From assembly GCA_002794465.1 (NCBI GenBank), contig MTSL01000208.1:80193-112192 (forward strand): a stretch of 32,000 nucleotides of DNA, given 5' to 3'. The translations under genes were made by a program, and so were the position numbers. Each line of letters opens with the position of its first letter. Position 1 is the stretch's first letter. The notes beneath the pieces were generated by a model. It saw nothing but the letters and a program-made list of their open reading frames with translations, was not told the origin of the DNA and did not search any database. The stretch is from Paramicrosporidium saccamoebae KSL3 (taxonomy: Eukaryota > Fungi > Cryptomycota). Positions 19,931-30,611 of this stretch are shown here, in pieces.

Positions 19931-20025
19931 CTGTTGATGAGCGTATAGGTCTCATTAAAGTAGGTGACATATTGGCAGCCATCCTTAATACGAGTGGGAT
20001 CGCTATCTGGGTCGAGTTCACCAAC
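19931..20025. other. Copy 2 of the duplicated ~95-nt non-coding element
   Basis: See copy 1. The 3' block of 32 nt is 26/32 identical, ungapped, offset exactly 2200 nt. Confidence 0.75.
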
Positions 20026-20031
20026 AATGAT

Positions 20032-20598
20032 TTATTTTTTTGGCGTTAACGCTGGCAAGTGGTATGATACAGGCTTGCCTCCGGGGCGACTAATTTTGTC
20101 TTTGCCTTTTTCAAGAATCTCGGATCCCTTTGGCATCTCGGCGAACTTTACTTTTGTCGCTGGACCGGGCAAAATCTCGTCCCGGCTGACGCTAAAGTAT
20201 CCCCTTCCCGACTCGTTCATCGCCTTGTAAATCACCCAAGCTGTAAGATATCCCATGTATACTGCAAGTAAGGTGACAGCCACTGTGGCGGCGATAATTG
20301 TCGATGGTGGATATGCCTTTGGCTCTTTGGGCCCAGGTTTCGGGGTTGGCTCCGATGGCCGACTAGGATCTAGTTCCACTGGTGGTTCCGTGCTTGGCTC
20401 GTCATCGCGTTCATCGGAGATGCTGCGTCCGATGATACTAGGACCCTTTGTCGAAGCAAATGCAAGCGTGTCTTGCAATGCTTCAAGAGTCTCCATTGCT
20501 GCCTTTTCAGCGATTATTTTTTCATCAGAAACCGGGAAACTTGATCCGTGCTGACTAAAAATTACAGCAATCGACAGGATTATGACAAGCAATCTCAT
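20032..20598 (-). CDS. Orphan type I membrane protein with a Pro-rich stalk (188 aa)
   Basis: Signal-peptide-like MRLLVIILSIAVIFS, EPSTEPP..PSEPTPKPGPKEP stalk, TM IIAATVAVTLLAVYMGYLTAWVIY and cytosolic GYFSV. No family recognised. Confidence 0.8.
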   Translation of the reverse strand: MRLLVIILSIAVIFSQHGSSFPVSDEKIIAEKAAMETLEALQDTLAFASTKGPSIIGRSISDERDDEPSTEPPVELDPSRPSEPTPKPGPKEPKAYPPSTIIAATVAVTLLAVYMGYLTAWVIYKAMNESGRGYFSVSRDEILPGPATKVKFAEMPKGSEILEKGKDKISRPGGKPVSYHLPALTPKK

Positions 20599-20726
20599 TT
20601 CTTCGATCTAGGCGCAGAGCAATTCGATAGTTAAGGGGATGTTTCACAAGGTATCTATTTTTAGGAACAATACGTTTTATATATTCAATGATCTACCAAA
20701 GAGGAACAGATGGACAGCCAATCAGC

Positions 20727-22719
20727 TTAGTCCATATCCATCTGAGGTGCCTCAACGCTATAGGGAGTGGATGCTTCAGAATCCACAGATGCTGCCTTGG
20801 CCCGCTCCACAATGCGAGAGATGAATGGTTTAAAGATAGATTTGAGCTCATCCAGTTTCTTGACATATTCCTCTTTGCCAACTTCTGCTCCTTCGCCGTA
20901 AAGCCAATCTTCTGCAGTCATTAGAGCCGATCCTGCGCTTTCTCGCTCCTGCTCACTGGACACTTCAGAATAACATTCTTCGAGCTTGTTCCGGGCTTCG
21001 TAAATAAACTCCTCAACGGCGTTCCGTCGATCATCAATCTCAGCGATTAGCCGGTCGTGGAGAGACATTGCGATTTCCGCGTCCTTCATCTTTTGCACAG
21101 TGGCGCGTGGGAGACGGAAAGTTTCGACTTTGATCGATAGAGAAGTCACGTGTGTCTTCGCTTCCTCCTTGCCCTCCTCATCAGTGGGCACGGCGGTGGT
21201 GACTTCTACACGCGGCTTGGTAATATCCACAAGACCACTGGAATTGACATGGGCATCAAATACCATGGTAGAGCTTTCATTAATTTCGAGATCCTTGGGC
21301 GCAGTGACTGTGAACTTGGCAATCTGGGAGGGAGTTCCCGCTGGCAAACTAGTCAAATCGCTATAGTGCGCCTCAAAGTTCAAGGGGAAAGAGATGGAAT
21401 GATCCAAGGTAAGGGTAAAGGTATGGGTCTCGCACGTATTTGATCCGGCCGGAAAGATTTCTACCTCTCCAAGATTTTGGTCACCGACAAGCTTGATCGG
21501 GAAGTACACTGTATCGGCAATCTTGTACTCTCTGACACGAACAAGCGGGCTATCAATGGCACAGAGCAAGGCGCATCCACGCGACACTGCTTCGTCAGCG
21601 TTTAATGTGGTACTAGCTTCTTTACCAAATATTTGGGCGATGCGGGCCTTGATAGATGGGATACGAGTGCACCCTCCAATAATCTCGACCGAATCAATAT
21701 CCTCGACCGAAATGTTTGCTTTTTGGAGCAGTTCCAAAATCGTCTTTTCAACACGATCAACCAAAGACATTGACAGTTCTTCGAATTGGGCACGCTCGGC
21801 TACCAGAGTAAAGTCTTCGCCATCAATGAGCGCCTCAAGATCCAACTTGGTCTTTTGAATTCCACTGAGGATTTTCTTAATCTTCTCACAGGCAACTCGA
21901 AGTCTTAGGAGCGCCTTCTTGTTGTTTCGAATATCAACTTTTTTAGTCTCTAAGAAATGCTCAGCAAAGTGGTTGGCCAGCACCTCGTCAAAGTCGCGAC
22001 CTCCCAGAGACATGTCAAATGCGTGTCCTTTGATCTCTGCAGATCCTTTAAGGAAGCTTGCAACGCACATCTTCAGGCTCGAAAACCCAATATCCAAGAT
22101 TATAACATTCTTAGGCTTGTCAGCAGGAATGTCAGTCTTCATCATTCCATAGCAAACAGCGGCTGCGGTGGTATCGTTGACTGTGCGTAGGCAGTTTAGG
22201 CCTGCCACCTCGGCAGCATCAATAAGGGAGCGACGCTCCTTTTCGGTAAAATAGGATGGCACAGAGATGACCACATCAGAGACCGGGAGCTTAGTCTCCG
22301 CATAAGTAATAGCCTTCAACTTGCTCAGAAACATTCCAACAAGCTCGGTATTGGAAAAAACTGCATCCTCTTCACGATACGACACTGCAGCTCCAACCAC
22401 GCCCTCCTTCTCTGCCAACTGGCAAGTCTCAAAGCCCTGCTCCACCGCAACTGCGGGCTCATCAGACAGTCGGCCTATAAGGCGAGGAAGATTGATGACG
22501 GTGTTTCTAAAGTTTCCAACCTGCAAGGTGCGAGCAGCATCGCCGGCGTATCTTTGCTTACGGTCAAAGGACACCATGGATCTAAAGTTAAAGAAATGCA
22601 TGTCAACCTTACGGAGTAACACGGTCAGATACTTCATTGCAAACAACATCCACACCACCACCTCTAACAACAGCTACACGAGAGTTTTGCGTTCCAAAGT
22701 CAAATCCAACCACTGACAT
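20727..22719 (-). CDS. SSE1: Hsp110/Sse1 (Hsp70-family nucleotide exchange factor)
   Basis: Exons 22719-22613 and 22581-20727; intron 22612-22582 (31 nt). MSVVGFDFG..GGVDVVCNEVSDRVTPSMVSF, LGGRDFDE, IEIIGGCTRIP, TTLNADEAVSRGCAL, NAVEEFIY, EDWLYGEG. Confidence 0.95.
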
Positions 22720-22773
22720 TGTGAGAAACCCAGGGGTGGACGTAACTTGGGCTATACGGCCGGCACCCCTTGC

Positions 22774-22788
22774 CTTCTAGAACTTTCT
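22774..22788. promoter_or_regulatory. Heat-shock element, three inverted nGAAn units
   Basis: cTTCtaGAActTTCt lies 55-70 nt upstream of the Hsp110 ATG and fits the canonical HSF site. Confidence 0.8.
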
Positions 22789-23250
22789 AGGCCATCACGT
22801 AAATAGTGAGGTTTATTGCAAAGTCATTGAAAAGTCTCTTCAGTGAAGGTCTTTGATTCCTCGTATATTGCGAAACCTGTAGTAAACTGGCTTATAATCA
22901 TAACATTTAAAGTATACTTTGAGATAGTATACCTACAGACTAGGGATTCCAATACAGGGTCTGTTAAACCGTATCCGCTTATGACTGTTAATCCTGGTAA
23001 CTATCCTACAACCCAATCCAGTTATCTTGAGGGTAGCGGCCTATAAAGGCATCACATAATTGAATAAAACACGGCCATCGCGTACTAAAAGGACCCTGCA
23101 GCCTCGCATAACCATAACTCAACTACTGCAATGTTTGCAGTAAAGACTCTTTATCCGCCGATCCGTAGATACTCTTTCTCGCTATTACTCTACCATTCTA
23201 CTACTTCGATTACATTCTTTATGCATCCCAGGATACTGGATCCAAAAGAG

Positions 23251-23324
23251 TGCTTCGACCCGGGATCGAACCGGGGGCCTTATCCGTGTAAAGGATACGT
23301 GATAACCAACTACACCATCGAAGC
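23251..23324 (-). tRNA. tRNA-Val(UAC), intronless
   Basis: GCTTCGA/TCGAAGC acceptor, anticodon arm TATCC-TTTACAC-GGATA, T arm CCCGG-TTCGATC-CCGGG; 74 nt; T4 at 23247-23244. Confidence 0.96.
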
Positions 23325-23408
23325 AGCCACTTTATTGGGGGAATGGAAATACGTAATCGTGCTTGGAAAGTTGCAGCACAATTTATTTCGTTGATTATCA
23401 TTGTCTCC

Positions 23409-24850
23409 ATGGTTGCACCTAGCTGTATAGTTGATATCCCGGTCGATTGTGACTTTACGATCCATAATATCCCCTTTGGTGTATTCCGAAACGAAAACAG
23501 CGCTCCGAGACCGTGTAGTGCAATTGGTGATTTTATCATAAACCTGGATGCCGCTGCTCATGCCGGAATATTCGATGACGGCTCATTAAAGTCCAAAGCC
23601 CGGGATGTATTCGGCCAAGAGACGCTGAATGCGTTCATGGCATTGGGCAGGCCATTTTGGCGTGAGGCCCGTGCAGCCATTCAAAGACTCGTCACGACTG
23701 GCACTTCGCCACTTGAAACTGATTCGGCATTACGAAGCAAGATTCTAATTCCACGGGAAAATGTCGAAATGATCTTGCCCATTACAATTGGAGATTACAC
23801 TGATTTCTACTCTTCTCGTGAACATGCCACCAATGTCGGAACAATGTTTCGCGGAAAAGACAACGCCCTCCAGCCAAATTGGTAATCCTGTCCAGGTGGT
23901 TTGACACTTTGTAGGCTGCACCTTCCAGTGGGCTATCATGGACGTTCGTCGTCAGTTGTTGTCTCTGGAACTACCATCACTCGGCCCATGGGACAAATTA
24001 AGCCGCAGGAGGGAGCTCCCGTCGTATCAAATTCTAAAAAACTCGATTTTGAACTAGAAATGGTTCCACCATCATTCTCTTTCTATATATTCTAGGCATT
24101 TGTTGTCGGCGTCGGAAACGACCTTGGACAGAAAATTTCTATTGAAAAAGCCGATGAGCATATTTTCGGCATTGTATTAATGAACGATTGGAGTGGTAAT
24201 GGCGCAGTCCACGTTCTAACGACATAGCACGCGACATCCAGGCTTGGGAGTATGTCCCATTGGGCCCTTTCCTTGGAAAAAACTTTGGAACCATCATTTC
24301 CCCATGGATTGTGACTCTTGACGCTCTGGAGCCATTCCTAGTTCAAGGACCTGAAATGGTAAATTATGAAAGTGTTCCTAAGTCTAGTCTCCCCAACCGC
24401 TTTCGTATCTTCAAGATCACCAGATGGGAGCATATGATGTTGATCTTCGGGTCTTGATTAAGGAGGGAAAATCTGGACAACAAAGCCTAGTCTGCAAGTC
24501 GAACCTAAAGTACCTTTATTGGAATTTCCGCCAACAACTGGCCCACCATACCATTAGCGGATGCAACATGCGTTCTGGAGATTTATGTGGTACCGGAACG
24601 ATCAGTGGTCCGGTAAGACTCCTTTTAGTCCTCTAATTCGGAAATTTAGACCCCAGATTCGTTTGGATCCATGCTTGAACTTTCTTGGAATGGACAAAAT
24701 CCAGTAAAGTTGCATGGAGACGCATCGCGAACGTTTATCGAGGACGGTGACATAGTCATTATGACAGGGAAATGTTCCAATCAACAGGGTATCAGTCTTG
24801 GCTTTGGGGAGTGCATTTGCCCAGTCAAATCTTCCCAAGAGAAGGCGTAA
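23409..24850 (+). CDS. FAH: Fumarylacetoacetase
   Basis: Introns 23882-23914, 24063-24095, 24196-24227, 24359-24387, 24613-24649 (33, 33, 32, 29, 37 nt). [85 protein letters not shown]. Confidence 0.96.
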
Positions 24851-24998
24851 GTCTGATTCCCTCAATGAAAAACGCTAACTAATAAACCTGCCTTGATTTT
24901 ACTGGCTGATCGGCCTTGACAGGTTCTATTGGTTCGCACGTAACCTGCTTACCCCGTCCGCTCGGTTTGAAGGTCATCTGGGACTGTCGGTGCTGTGG

Positions 24999-27900
24999 AT
25001 GGTGGAACAGACAGACATCATCTTTGCAGGTAGAGCTTTTACTAATACTAAAATATAGAGCGTTGTTGTGTCAATGTCGACACTGCATCCAAGGAGCCGA
25101 CAGTCGCAACTGGATATACGGATTCTACCTCGGCTGCAACTGGACATACGGACTCTACCTCGGCTGCAACTGGGCATATGGATTCTACCTTGGCTGAAGC
25201 TGGGCATACAGGTTCCACCTCGGTTGTGACTGGAAACGGAAATCCCATCTCGGCTGAAACCGGATATACAGATTCCACCTCGACACTCCTTGGCGCCGTC
25301 GCTCGGCCTTCACGGCAGTCTGTTGATGGGTATCGTTTTGATGAGACTGTATCCACCATTTTCTATGGACGAAAAGTGTCCAACTCGAAATTAGCCTTGT
25401 ATGGCCTATCCGTCTTGCCCACTTTGGGATTTTCGTATCTGCTGGTCCGGTGGCTTCCTAGGCTTAAAGTTGCATTTTTCACCGTTTCATCTACTCTAAG
25501 CGAGGCCACGCACATTTTTGTGGAAAACTCATTTGGTCAGGAAGAACTTGTCAAGATTGAGAGACGACGATTTAGGCCTGAAGATTCTCGTCTTGCACAA
25601 TTCGTATGCGAGGATTCTTTTGGCTCCTATGTTGTTGCTCTAAACTATCGGCGAAATTTGTTCATCCTCGATGTCGACTCTGGATTATTTGTCCCCGTCG
25701 ATAGTCTGTTGTCCAACTGTCTTCCAGAGGTCGAGGATAACATGTCCGGACTCACAGATACTCGCCACAAAGAGATTAAGCTTTTAGTGGGCTCAAATGT
25801 GATCGATTTGGAAGAAAAGTCAGCAATGCAAATCTTTTTCAACGAAATGTTGAATCCGTTCTACGTGTTCCAGGTCGCTAGCTTTTTCATTTGGATCTTT
25901 GAAAACTACTACGTCTATTCTGTTGTTATCATAATTATGGCGACCACTTCTGCCATGTTGACTGTTTTTGAAACGAAACAGAATTTTGATAAAATGCGAA
26001 AGATGGCCCGATTCACCTGCTCTGTCAAAGCTTACAGAAATCGAACAACTGTATCAGTCTCCTCGGAGGATTTAGTTCCTGGTGACATTCTCCTGCTAGA
26101 CAATGAGATTGATAATATTCCCTGTGATGGAGTCCTCGTCAACGGAGATGCCGTAGTGGATGAGAGCATGCTGACAGGCGAGACTGTTCCTGTCAGTAAA
26201 ACTGATATTACTGATGACGTTTATTCAGCGATATATAACGGAACAAGAGCCGAAGATCCACGTTATTGTGTCTACAGTGGTACAAAGCTCCTTCGAAGCC
26301 GCCCTCGTCATGGCAAGCCCTCGATGCTTCTTGTCACCCGGACTGGATTTTTCACCGCCAAAGGAACGCTGATTCAGTCGATTCTTTTTCCAAGACCCAA
26401 CAATTTTCAATTTTACCGTGACTCGATGCTTTTCGTTGGTATCCTCAGCGTCGTTGCCGCACTGGGATTCTCAATCGCTATTGTCAATTTTCTTAAGCTT
26501 GGATTCAGCGTCTATTATGTCCTTTTTAGAGCTTTGGATATCATAACCGTGGCGGTGCCTCCTGCTCTTCCTGCAACCATGGCAGTCGGCACAGTTTTTG
26601 CCATTCAGCGTCTGGAGAAGAAGAGCATTTATTGTATTAGTCCACCTCGAGTCAATGTCGCCAGTAAGGTTGAGCTACTGTGCTTTGACAAAACTGGCAC
26701 GCTTACAGAAGAAGGTTTAGAGATTCTGGGCGTTCTTTCTGTAACTGCGTCGGGTGATCACACGTGCTTCTCCGATATAGTCAAAGATTCGCGTTCGCTA
26801 GCTAAATCGCCTATTCTAGTGCAACTCATGGCCACCTGTCATGGCTTGAGGAGAGTCAATGGACGTCTCTTGGGGGATTCACTAGACTTGAGGATGTTTG
26901 AATTCACTGGGTGGAATCTTGAGGAGGTTCGTGATGTTGGAGAAGCCATTGTTCCGACAATCGTCCGACCCCCCAACTCGAAACCTTTTGATGCAAAACT
27001 GCTACTCCAACCTGGGAGGTGTGATACAGAGTGCGGCGAGGTGGGAATTATTCGCCAGTTTGACTTTAATTCTAAACTTCGAAGAATGTGCGTATTGATA
27101 CGACCACTTTCGAACGATACAATTCATTCGTTTGTCAAAGGGTCGCCCGAGTCTCTTTTGGAGATTTGCAAAAAAGAAACCATCCCTAATGATTATGGTC
27201 AGATGCTTGGATTTTATGCACACCATGGATATCGAGTCATTGGATGCGCATACAAGGTTTTTCCTGGACTCTCTTGGGTCAAAGCGCAGAAAATGTCCAG
27301 AGACCAGGCTGAGTCTGATTTGCACTTTCTGGGGTTTATAGTCTTTGAAAACCGCCTAAAGCCCGAGACTCGACCAACAATCTCAGTCCTGAATGATGCC
27401 AACATCAAATCTATCATGGCGACTGGAGATAATATTTTTACGGCAATTTCAGTTGGTCGGGCTTCGGGGCTAATTGAAGAGTCTGCGCTTTTATTTTATC
27501 CCACGAAATTCACTGAAGCCCGCTCTTCGAGGGATGTAATTTGGGAGTGCGTTGACGATGTTAATTTGGAATTTGATCGTGCGCGTCTGCAACCAGCAAA
27601 AGATCCGAGACCATTTGCGTTAGCCCTAAGTGGGGATTTTTTCGAGTGGATTTACGAAAGCTTCCCTGAAGAGTACGTGAAATGCATTCTTTCCCGATGC
27701 ATTGTTTACGCTAGAATGTCTCCACTTCAAAAGCAACTCTTGGTAGAGTTGCTGAAAAAGCGTCCTGCTATTGTGGGATTTTGTGGAGACGGAGCAAACG
27801 ATTGTGGAGCTTTGAAGACAGCTGATGTGGGAATTTCGTTGAGTCAGGCTGAAGCCTCAATTGCCGCCCCGTTCACTAGCAAAATTGAAAACATTTCCTG

Positions 27901-28594
27901 CGTGCCCGAACTTTTGAAAGAGGGTAGAGCTTCGCTTGTGACTTCATTCTGCTGCTTCAAATACATGACTTTGTACAGCATGATTCAGTTCACGACTCTA
28001 ATCTTTCTCTACTCCTTCGGGTCCACATTAACTGACGGTCAATTCGTGTACATCGACTTGTTCCTGATTGTGCCTCTTGGTATACTGATGAGCAGGTATG
28101 CGCCCGCAAATACCCTTGTAGCGGCACAGCCAACAGCAAAGTTGATTTCACCCAATGTTTTAGTTCTCATAATGGGGCATATTGTATTGCAAGCCTTGAG
28201 CCAATACCTCGTATACAAGTATTTGGCTGCGCCATTATTAAATGACTGGACGGCCCTCCCTGATGACCAGGAAAATGTGGTCAATCCGACAACCTCTCTG
28301 ATGTTCCTATTCTCCTCCTTCTTGTATCTGTCCTCGGCCTACACATTTTCTTCTGGCAAACCTTTTCGACAGAGCTTCTATCCTCCGTTTGTACTGTACA
28401 GCGCCATAGGTGTTCTGGCCTCTGTTGTTGTGGTTTTTTGCCGGATTAGTTGGCTCGATGAGTGGTTGCAATTGACACATATTCCCTTGGACGCTCGCCT
28501 CTGGATTATAGTAGCAGCCGTCCTTTACTTCATATCCACATGCTTATTTGATCGTGCTGCGACTGCAGTCGTCGCCTCTGTACTGAAACACTAG
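24999..28594 (+). CDS. YPK9: P5B-type ATPase (ATP13A2-5/Ypk9; polyamine transporter family)
   Basis: TM4 PPALP (P5B signature), VDESMLTGE, FDKTGTLT, TGDN, GDGANDC. Reading frame is open upstream of 25178 to an acceptor at 25058; proposed start 24999 with intron 25030-25058 (29 nt, TACTAAT branch). Start tentative. Confidence 0.93.
25106..25285 (+). repeat. 30-nt coding tandem repeat, 6 units, in the P5B N-terminal extension
   Basis: ATGYTDSTSA ATGHTDSTSA ATGHMDSTLA EAGHTGSTSV VTGNGNPISA ETGYTDSTST. Confidence 0.85.
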
Positions 28595-28696
28595 CCCCGA
28601 CGATTTCTGCCAAACTCACTATAGATTGTACACATTTTGTAATTCGAATTCGCGTTAATAGATTACCTTTACTATTTAACAATAGGTCCTCCATTC

Positions 28697-29050
28697 ATGT
28701 TTTCAACGCGCGGCTACCGAGCCTTGGCAGTGTATCTATCGCAACCAAGACACTATATAACAACAGCCACATCGAGAGAAATTCTCATAAAGAGGCTACG
28801 TCACCAGTCGCTCAAGAGGGGAACGTCGGAGAATGGTATCCTACTAGGCGACTTTTCTGCAACAGCGTTGGCTGCCTTGAGCAGCGAAGAGCTTGTTGAA
28901 TATGAAAAGATCATATCCGAGAATGATGTGGACCTGTTCAACTGGTTGAGCGGTGTACAAAAACCTCCAAACAACTACCTCCAGTCTACAGTATTTGTCA
29001 AGTTGGCAGAGCATTATGATGCAAAAAAGAACCCAAAACACTTCAAATAA
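28697..29050 (+). CDS. SDH5: Succinate dehydrogenase assembly factor 2
   Basis: Presequence-like N-terminus; KRLRHQSLKRGTSENGILL (RGxxE motif); ENDVDLFNW. Confidence 0.9.
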   Translation: MFSTRGYRALAVYLSQPRHYITTATSREILIKRLRHQSLKRGTSENGILLGDFSATALAALSSEELVEYEKIISENDVDLFNWLSGVQKPPNNYLQSTVFVKLAEHYDAKKNPKHFK

Positions 29051-29535
29051 AGCTAGCTTTATGCATATGTTTGAATAGGAAAGTTTTGACGATGGAAACC
29101 TTTCCGACGCTGGCGCACTGAGAAACTGAGATTTAGGCGGGCATTCAGCGATCCACTCTCAGGACTGGGGTGTCACAGCAGCCTCCATACAGGGACCTCT
29201 TGTTATATGATAAACGAGAGCTGGCTCCACTAAATACAGACTGCTTTTATAAGACTTTTTTCATCTGATTACGGTTATGAATGAGGGTTATTGTCCGTCC
29301 AACGTAGCGGATTGGCCTGCCACTACGGGACGTTCAGATCCTTCCAACCAATAGGGAACGCTACCCCAGGAGCGACTATTCTATTGGTCAGTCCTGACCA
29401 ATGAATGCGAGAGGGGCTAAGCCTCTGTGGCTGGCAAATACGGTTCAAAAAGGGGGCCCGGTTGAATTTTCCAGCGTCGATCGATAAGGCGATATCGGCC
29501 GTAAATTTTGGCGCCACAAACAGCTTAGGAGTACC

Positions 29536-30498
29536 ATGCCGAAACAAGACCAGTCTGTCTATAGCAAAAAGCTCGAAGCCAGCGTTGAAGGCTTAGCGTT
29601 GCAAGACCTGTATCCCACCGAAAGCTTGGAGTTTGCTGCTGAAAGAGTCCAATGTCTTGAGCTGGAGAGCGCAGTCTGGGAACAGCACCAAAAACTCCAA
29701 CAGTTAAGTGTCTTGCCTGCGAATGTAGAGGCTGCCAACGAGCTGGCTCGTGAAGGCGCCCACTTGGCGGAGCTTCACCTTCACACGGGGCAGCAGGCTC
29801 GCCTCAGAAGTAGCTCGGTGTCCTTTGTAAATCCATTCCTACAGGAGGACAACGGGCTTGGTGAAAGAATCTACGCCCCACCGGTGATGGCTGCTAATAA
29901 CCACGGCACGCCTATACACATGACGGAACAGCTATATCGTGGGTTATATCATTTCCCTGCCGCTGGAATGGCCCCAGGCAGCTTTTTAAATGTTTCTACC
30001 CAACACCATGGAATGGATGGCATGTATCAAAGCATGGGTGCTCAAATGAACCGTCGATTCTCTCTTGCCCATCCCTCTGTTAGTGGGTATGAACTCCCTA
30101 TTCCTGGCCATCCACACCATGATAGCAGCATCCAGTTTGTTATGGAAGATCCTTCTGGTAAGGAAAATGCGAGAGAAGGTGGTATGGTTACAGGGGATCA
30201 TGCACGCCGCCACTCTATGGGCACCCCCCATCTTTATTGTTGCCCATGGACTGGCTGTAACAAAGTCTTCAATCGATTTTACAACCTGAGGTCTCACTAT
30301 CGGATCCACTCGGGTGAGAAGCCATTCACCTGTAACTATTGTGATGCTGCATTTGCTAGAAACCATGATTTGAAACGCCATGAACGTATCCATCTGAAAA
30401 CAAAACCCTATGCCTGCCCCTCCTGCAACAAATCGTTTTCAAGGAACGATGCTATGAATCGGCATATTAGGCTTAATAGCTGCGCAAGGACAAATTAG
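29536..30498 (+). CDS. C2H2 zinc-finger transcription factor with Crz1/Prz1-like fingers
   Basis: Three C-terminal fingers with recognition helices FNRFYNLRSH, FARNHDLKRH and FSRNDAMNRH, similar to Crz1-type fingers; orthology not established. Confidence 0.85.
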   Translation: MPKQDQSVYSKKLEASVEGLALQDLYPTESLEFAAERVQCLELESAVWEQHQKLQQLSVLPANVEAANELAREGAHLAELHLHTGQQARLRSSSVSFVNPFLQEDNGLGERIYAPPVMAANNHGTPIHMTEQLYRGLYHFPAAGMAPGSFLNVSTQHHGMDGMYQSMGAQMNRRFSLAHPSVSGYELPIPGHPHHDSSIQFVMEDPSGKENAREGGMVTGDHARRHSMGTPHLYCCPWTGCNKVFNRFYNLRSHYRIHSGEKPFTCNYCDAAFARNHDLKRHERIHLKTKPYACPSCNKSFSRNDAMNRHIRLNSCARTN

Positions 30499-30611
30499 TG
30501 GCTTTATTCATTTTTCCACTTGGTGCCGGCGCCACCCTGAATCGGATTTGTAAGATAAACGGGAAATAAATTTTAGATTTTTCTTTTAGTGGCGGGAATT
30601 TCTAGTGTGAC

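Noticed and set aside
25320-25345. CTGTTGATGGGT..GTTTTGAT match to element copy 1 inside the P5B CDS
   Set aside because: Coding sequence with none of the downstream blocks; treated as chance.
7093-30498. Calcium-signalling cluster (MscS-EF, CNB1, Crz1-like)
   Set aside because: The genes are 4-18 kb apart with unrelated housekeeping genes between, and no clear PxIxIT docking site is visible in the zinc-finger protein.
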